In this document: positions 18,979 to 22,492 of the stretch, one piece after another | How the letters are laid out: each line of letters opens with the position of its first letter | Position numbering within the stretch: the first letter of the stretch is position 1 | Source: a virus | Taxonomy: Duplodnaviria > Heunggongvirae > Uroviricota > Caudoviricetes | Direction: 5' to 3' (one strand) | IMG/VR virus record: IMGVR_UViG_2671180963_000005 | Length of the DNA stretch: 22,492 bases | Translations under genes and position numbers: made by a program | The notes under the pieces: generated by a model | Databases searched by the model: none | What the model was told of the DNA's origin: nothing | What the model saw: only the letters and a program-made list of their open reading frames with translations

Positions 18979-20096
18979 CGACAATAACCGGGAGTGAGCA
19001 ACATACAGCATCACGTATTCCCATGCGAAATATCTGGATGCTGATGCTGTACGCTTCAGATCTGTTTCGCCAGTTAGGACGCAATCAGATCGCAGTAGAA
19101 GATAACCCAGCAGAAATCCCCGACCTGGTGGCGACAATCCTCCTTCATGAGATTACGCTGCGCCGACGTCGCAATTTAAATATGGGATACCAAACTTGTC
19201 ATGCGGCCCTGAACCGGGTGAGAGGGCGCATTGACATACTGTATACTGCCAGTCATCAACTGCTGGAACGGGGACAGGTTGCCTGCCATTTTCAAGACAT
19301 AACCCTCAACACCCCCCGAAATCGCTATGTTCGCTGTGCGTTAGAACGTCTGGCCTCAATCATAGTGAAACCGTCTTTGGCGGCAGATTGCCATTTTATG
19401 GCAATATCACTTCGCCGTGAGGGGATAAATGGAGGATATCCTGCCCCCCGCGAATTACCCTCAGTGTGGCGTTTTGGACGCCATGATGCCGCAGATAAAC
19501 CGATGGTCGATGCCGCACGATTAGCTTTTGAACTGCTGATGCCGACCGAAGATCAAGGCCAATATCTTTTACCTGCGCCCTCAAATAACCTTTACTGGAT
19601 GAGAAGACTATTTGAAAAAGGTATCGCTGGCTTATATCGTGTACACCTTGCCAAAACAACTTGGCAGGTCTCTGCAGGGAAAGAGCTGAAATGGGCGTTG
19701 AGCGATCAAAGTGCAGGTAGTGCAGAGATTTTCCCGACAATGAAGTCAGACATTATTCTGGAACACAAGACTGCCCAGCGGCGTATTATTATCGATACCA
19801 AATTTAATTCGATTCTGACAAAGGGTTGGCATCGGGAGCAATCACTACGTAATGGCTATATTTATCAGCTATATACCTACCTTAGAACACAGGAGAACAA
19901 GACGGATCCGCTTTCGCTCAATGCCGCTGGTCTTCTACTTCATCCAGCTGTTGGCTATATGCTTAATGAGTATGTTGTCACTCAGGGACATAAGATCCAT
20001 TTTGCTACAGTAGATATGACGGTAGATGCTAAAGCAATTAAAAAACAATTGCTGGCAATAGCCCATGATTGTGCAGGAGTCGCGGTTGATGACTAA
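18975..20096 (+). CDS. McrC-like nuclease subunit (PD-(D/E)xK) of the type IV restriction system
   Basis: 373 aa; ATGA overlap with the mcrB-like stop; N-terminal IPMRNIWMLMLYA resembles McrC IPVRNIYYMLTYA; C-terminal PD…D-x-K candidates (KSDIILEH…IIIDTKF). Confidence 0.8.
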   Translation: MTTITGSEQHTASRIPMRNIWMLMLYASDLFRQLGRNQIAVEDNPAEIPDLVATILLHEITLRRRRNLNMGYQTCHAALNRVRGRIDILYTASHQLLERGQVACHFQDITLNTPRNRYVRCALERLASIIVKPSLAADCHFMAISLRREGINGGYPAPRELPSVWRFGRHDAADKPMVDAARLAFELLMPTEDQGQYLLPAPSNNLYWMRRLFEKGIAGLYRVHLAKTTWQVSAGKELKWALSDQSAGSAEIFPTMKSDIILEHKTAQRRIIIDTKFNSILTKGWHREQSLRNGYIYQLYTYLRTQENKTDPLSLNAAGLLLHPAVGYMLNEYVVTQGHKIHFATVDMTVDAKAIKKQLLAIAHDCAGVAVDD

Positions 20097-20796
20097 CCAT
20101 CCTATAAGGCACTGGCTGTAATATAATCAATAGTTTCAATTAAGTAGCTGTTATCCGTGCTTAGTCATCATATGACGCACCACGGTCTAATTTTCCTGCT
20201 CATACATTGATATATCCTTGTCGTGCCCGGAAAGTCGCAGTCCACTATGAGGTATACCGATTGCCAGCACCAAAAGCTTCTTTGTGATTATTATATCGGG
20301 GAATGCCTATTTTTTTAGTGACAATATCAGATAGCAATTAATAAGCGGTGCCGGTAATGGATGTTATGTTTAATGTATAGACACAGCCATCATAAACTAA
20401 ACGTCTGTTGTTCGCTCATAACCGACATTTATCTCAGTTATGGAGGATAATTATGTATGCAGATAATGGGGCAGACAGTCGTGGAGTAAACAAGGTTTTG
20501 CACTGCTTGGCGGCATCGTTATCTTATTTTTAATTATGTGCCTCTTAACATAAGTTGGGACAAAACAGAGACACATAAGGTCTCACAAAGGTCTGCAAGG
20601 CCTCACATGTATTGAGATGTTAATAAAATGTAGACTTGTAATTTGGATATAAATGGTAGAGAAAACCTTTCCCCAAAATAAAAACGAACGTCAATGAAAT
20701 CAAACGGTTGAATAAAGTTTATTTTGGCTAATAAAAAGACAATAAAATAATTTTTATCGTTAAATATCAATGACTTGAATTCATGGTTTTTATATA

Positions 20797-20961
20797 CTGC
20801 TGCGCCATATGGGTTGGACTGAAGCGGCTGACCTGATTGTTAAAGGTATGGAAGGCGCAATCAATGCCAAGACCGTAACTTATGACTTCGAACGTCTGAT
20901 GGAAGGCGCTAAGCTGCTGAAATGTTCAGAGTTTGGTGAAGCGATCATCGAAAACATGTAA
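20797..20961 (+). pseudogene. icd: 3'-terminal fragment of icd (isocitrate dehydrogenase; last ~52 codons plus stop), phage-borne attP-type copy as in e14/phage 21
   Basis: Translates to [54 protein letters not shown], matching the Icd C-terminus with D-to-E substitutions; no upstream icd sequence. Confidence 0.85.
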
Positions 20962-20983
20962 TCTCTCCATGTGTTAAATATTG

Positions 20984-21016
20984 AAACGGGCGTATAACAC
21001 GCCCGTTGTTTTATTT
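20984..21016 (+). terminator. icd-type rho-independent terminator
   Basis: Perfect 9-bp stem AACGGGCGT / ACGCCCGTT with a 5-nt loop followed by GTTTTATTT, 23 bp after the icd-fragment stop. Confidence 0.8.
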
Positions 21017-21063
21017 ATGTGGATATTATTAATAGCATATCGAGCATATTTATATGAAGCCCA

Positions 21064-21387
21064 TTACTTGAGCCCATATGGGCATATTTTTATAATGCAA
21101 CTATTATGTAAACATTTATTTGTTATTTTGCTTTCTCCTGGAGGACACTCTTGACTGCTTTTGAGTAAACTCCATAAATCCTTGTTGAATGGTGCGATGT
21201 GATAAATAGTAATAGGATATTCTTTATCCTTAAGGATAATACCAGACTTAACCGGTGTAAATATACTGCCAGGAGGGAGAAATATAGTAGATTGATACCA
21301 GATGATCATTTTCATATTACCCCATATGGCTGAAAAAGATATACCACATGTAGGTTGAATTACCGTGTCAATTACTATCCACTTCAT
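21064..21387 (-). CDS. Hypothetical protein (107 aa), AT-rich, unknown function
   Basis: ORF only; no clear SD; no recognised homology. Confidence 0.25.
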   Translation of the reverse strand: MKWIVIDTVIQPTCGISFSAIWGNMKMIIWYQSTIFLPPGSIFTPVKSGIILKDKEYPITIYHIAPFNKDLWSLLKSSQECPPGESKITNKCLHNSCIIKICPYGLK

Positions 21388-22087
21388 TTGTTATGTCTTA
21401 TCCCACGGTATTTAATATGGTTCATTAGGATGTTTATTTCTTGATTTTGCATATGAGTATATTACCCCCCCCCTCAAAAAAATAAATTAATTAAAATGAT
21501 GGCTTATATAAAATAAAATTTAAAGCAAGGAATCTCAATGGATGTTAAACAAAATGAGATTTTGTGAAAGCAATAAATTATTGACTTCGTTTTAGATTTG
21601 TTTAGCTATAATGTTATACATTCAAATGACTGAACATCCTGTAATTAAAACATAGCCTTTATGCTACTTTGTGCCAATTTGCTAAACATTATGGTTGCCT
21701 TTTTATATAACGATAATAATGAATATAAGCATGACATGAGAATAAGGTTTCAATTTTTGAGTTATATAGGAATGATTTAACCTGTTCCTGGCTAAAATAC
21801 ATATAACCGGATGATGACTAAACCAAAATACATGTGCGTTAAGTATTGAAACGGACGTGTGGCACGGCCGTTGTTTTTATAAATATGTTAACCGTTATAA
21901 AATAACGTATCAAAAGTCAAGTGATCACATTTCAAATATCAAGTTGATAGTATTAGTCTGGTGATTATTTATGGGTGACAATAAAAAGACAGTATTAATC
22001 ATCCATAGAGATAGTCTCTGCACTTTTATTTCCATTATGCTAATGCCTTACTGAATTATGAAGCATTTCTTAAGTATCCAACTTTAG

Positions 22088-22492
22088 CTAGATTAATGGT
22101 TTATTATTTTCTACATCTTCAATATATAAAAGCGTATTATCAATGGCGTAGTAACTGCGTTTGTTATGATTAACATCAGTAACCCACCGGAAAACGCCCG
22201 CACCTGCCAGTGTTGAACAGTATTCCCGAAGTGTAGATTTTCCGCAAATATGAAGCAATGCGGCCTCTTTTATTTTAGCAGGGTTCTTGGTCGTACTAAC
22301 TTTTAACAGGTTCCTGGTTCCTCTTAATAACAAAACCGTATCATCGTGAGTAATAATTCTGATGTTATCCGTAGCCAGATAATAAATGTAATGTGCAATA
22401 CGGTGATGTTTTAATTCTGAATAAAACCAGGAGAAGTTTTGCTCTTTTCTCACTTGCTCAAACATCTTTTGAAAAACAACGACCTGATCCAT
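22088..22492 (-). CDS. Hypothetical protein (at least 134 aa); start codon at the window edge, may extend beyond it
   Basis: ORF with Met at the last window codon; no recognised homology. Confidence 0.3.
   Translation of the reverse strand: MDQVVVFQKMFEQVRKEQNFSWFYSELKHHRIAHYIYYLATDNIRIITHDDTVLLLRGTRNLLKVSTTKNPAKIKEAALLHICGKSTLREYCSTLAGAGVFRWVTDVNHNKRSYYAIDNTLLYIEDVENNKPLI

Larger units (their letters stand above)
1331..22492. mobile_element. Cryptic mosaic lambdoid prophage (lambda/Rac/DLP12/e14-like modules); left end at attL, right end beyond the window
   Basis: attL, int, CI/Cro immunity, O/P/ren replication, tail-fibre genes and accessory cargo in lambdoid order; no Q, lysis, terminase, head or tail-shaft genes between the nin-like fragment and the J fragment; no second copy of the att core inside the window. 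Confidence 0.85.

Noticed and set aside
20100-22492. Second copy of the lambda att core (attR) expected at the right end of the prophage
   Set aside because: GCTTTTTTATACTAA occurs only once in the window (1331-1345); the right boundary is therefore outside the window and cannot be annotated here.

Overview
This window is the left junction between the E. coli chromosome and a heavily deleted, mosaic lambdoid prophage integrated at the lambda attachment site. All identifications are from reading the translations and sequence by eye and from memory of reference proteins; no searches were run. Order, left to right: host ybhC (minus strand); a lambda-type attL (core GCTTTTTTATACTAA plus P' arm); an integrase whose C-terminal ~325 aa are lambda Int but whose N-terminus is unrelated; then an AT-rich three-gene operon directly downstream of a CI-like repressor (the position lambda uses for rexAB). 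That operon reads as a tripartite toxin-antitoxin-chaperone (TAC) module: MqsR-like toxin, MqsA-like antitoxin with a C-terminal extension, and a SecB-like chaperone. It is followed by a Cro-like/YdaT-like immunity region, a hybrid O gene with five ori iterons, lambda P and ren, then DLP12-like cargo (emrE, serine recombinase ybcK) and two unknown ORFs. A NinB/YbcN-like fragment is joined directly to a C-terminal J fragment and a 5'-truncated stf, followed by intact tfa, so Q, lysis, terminase, head and tail genes are all absent and the prophage is cryptic. Downstream of tfa is a McrBC-like type IV restriction pair whose McrB homologue has a long unrecognised N-terminal domain, then a 3' fragment of icd with its terminator (an e14/phage-21-style attP remnant) and an AT-rich tail with small ORFs. 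The most interesting candidates are the TAC module and the McrBC-like pair; neither family is new, but their sensor/effector details here look uncharacterised.
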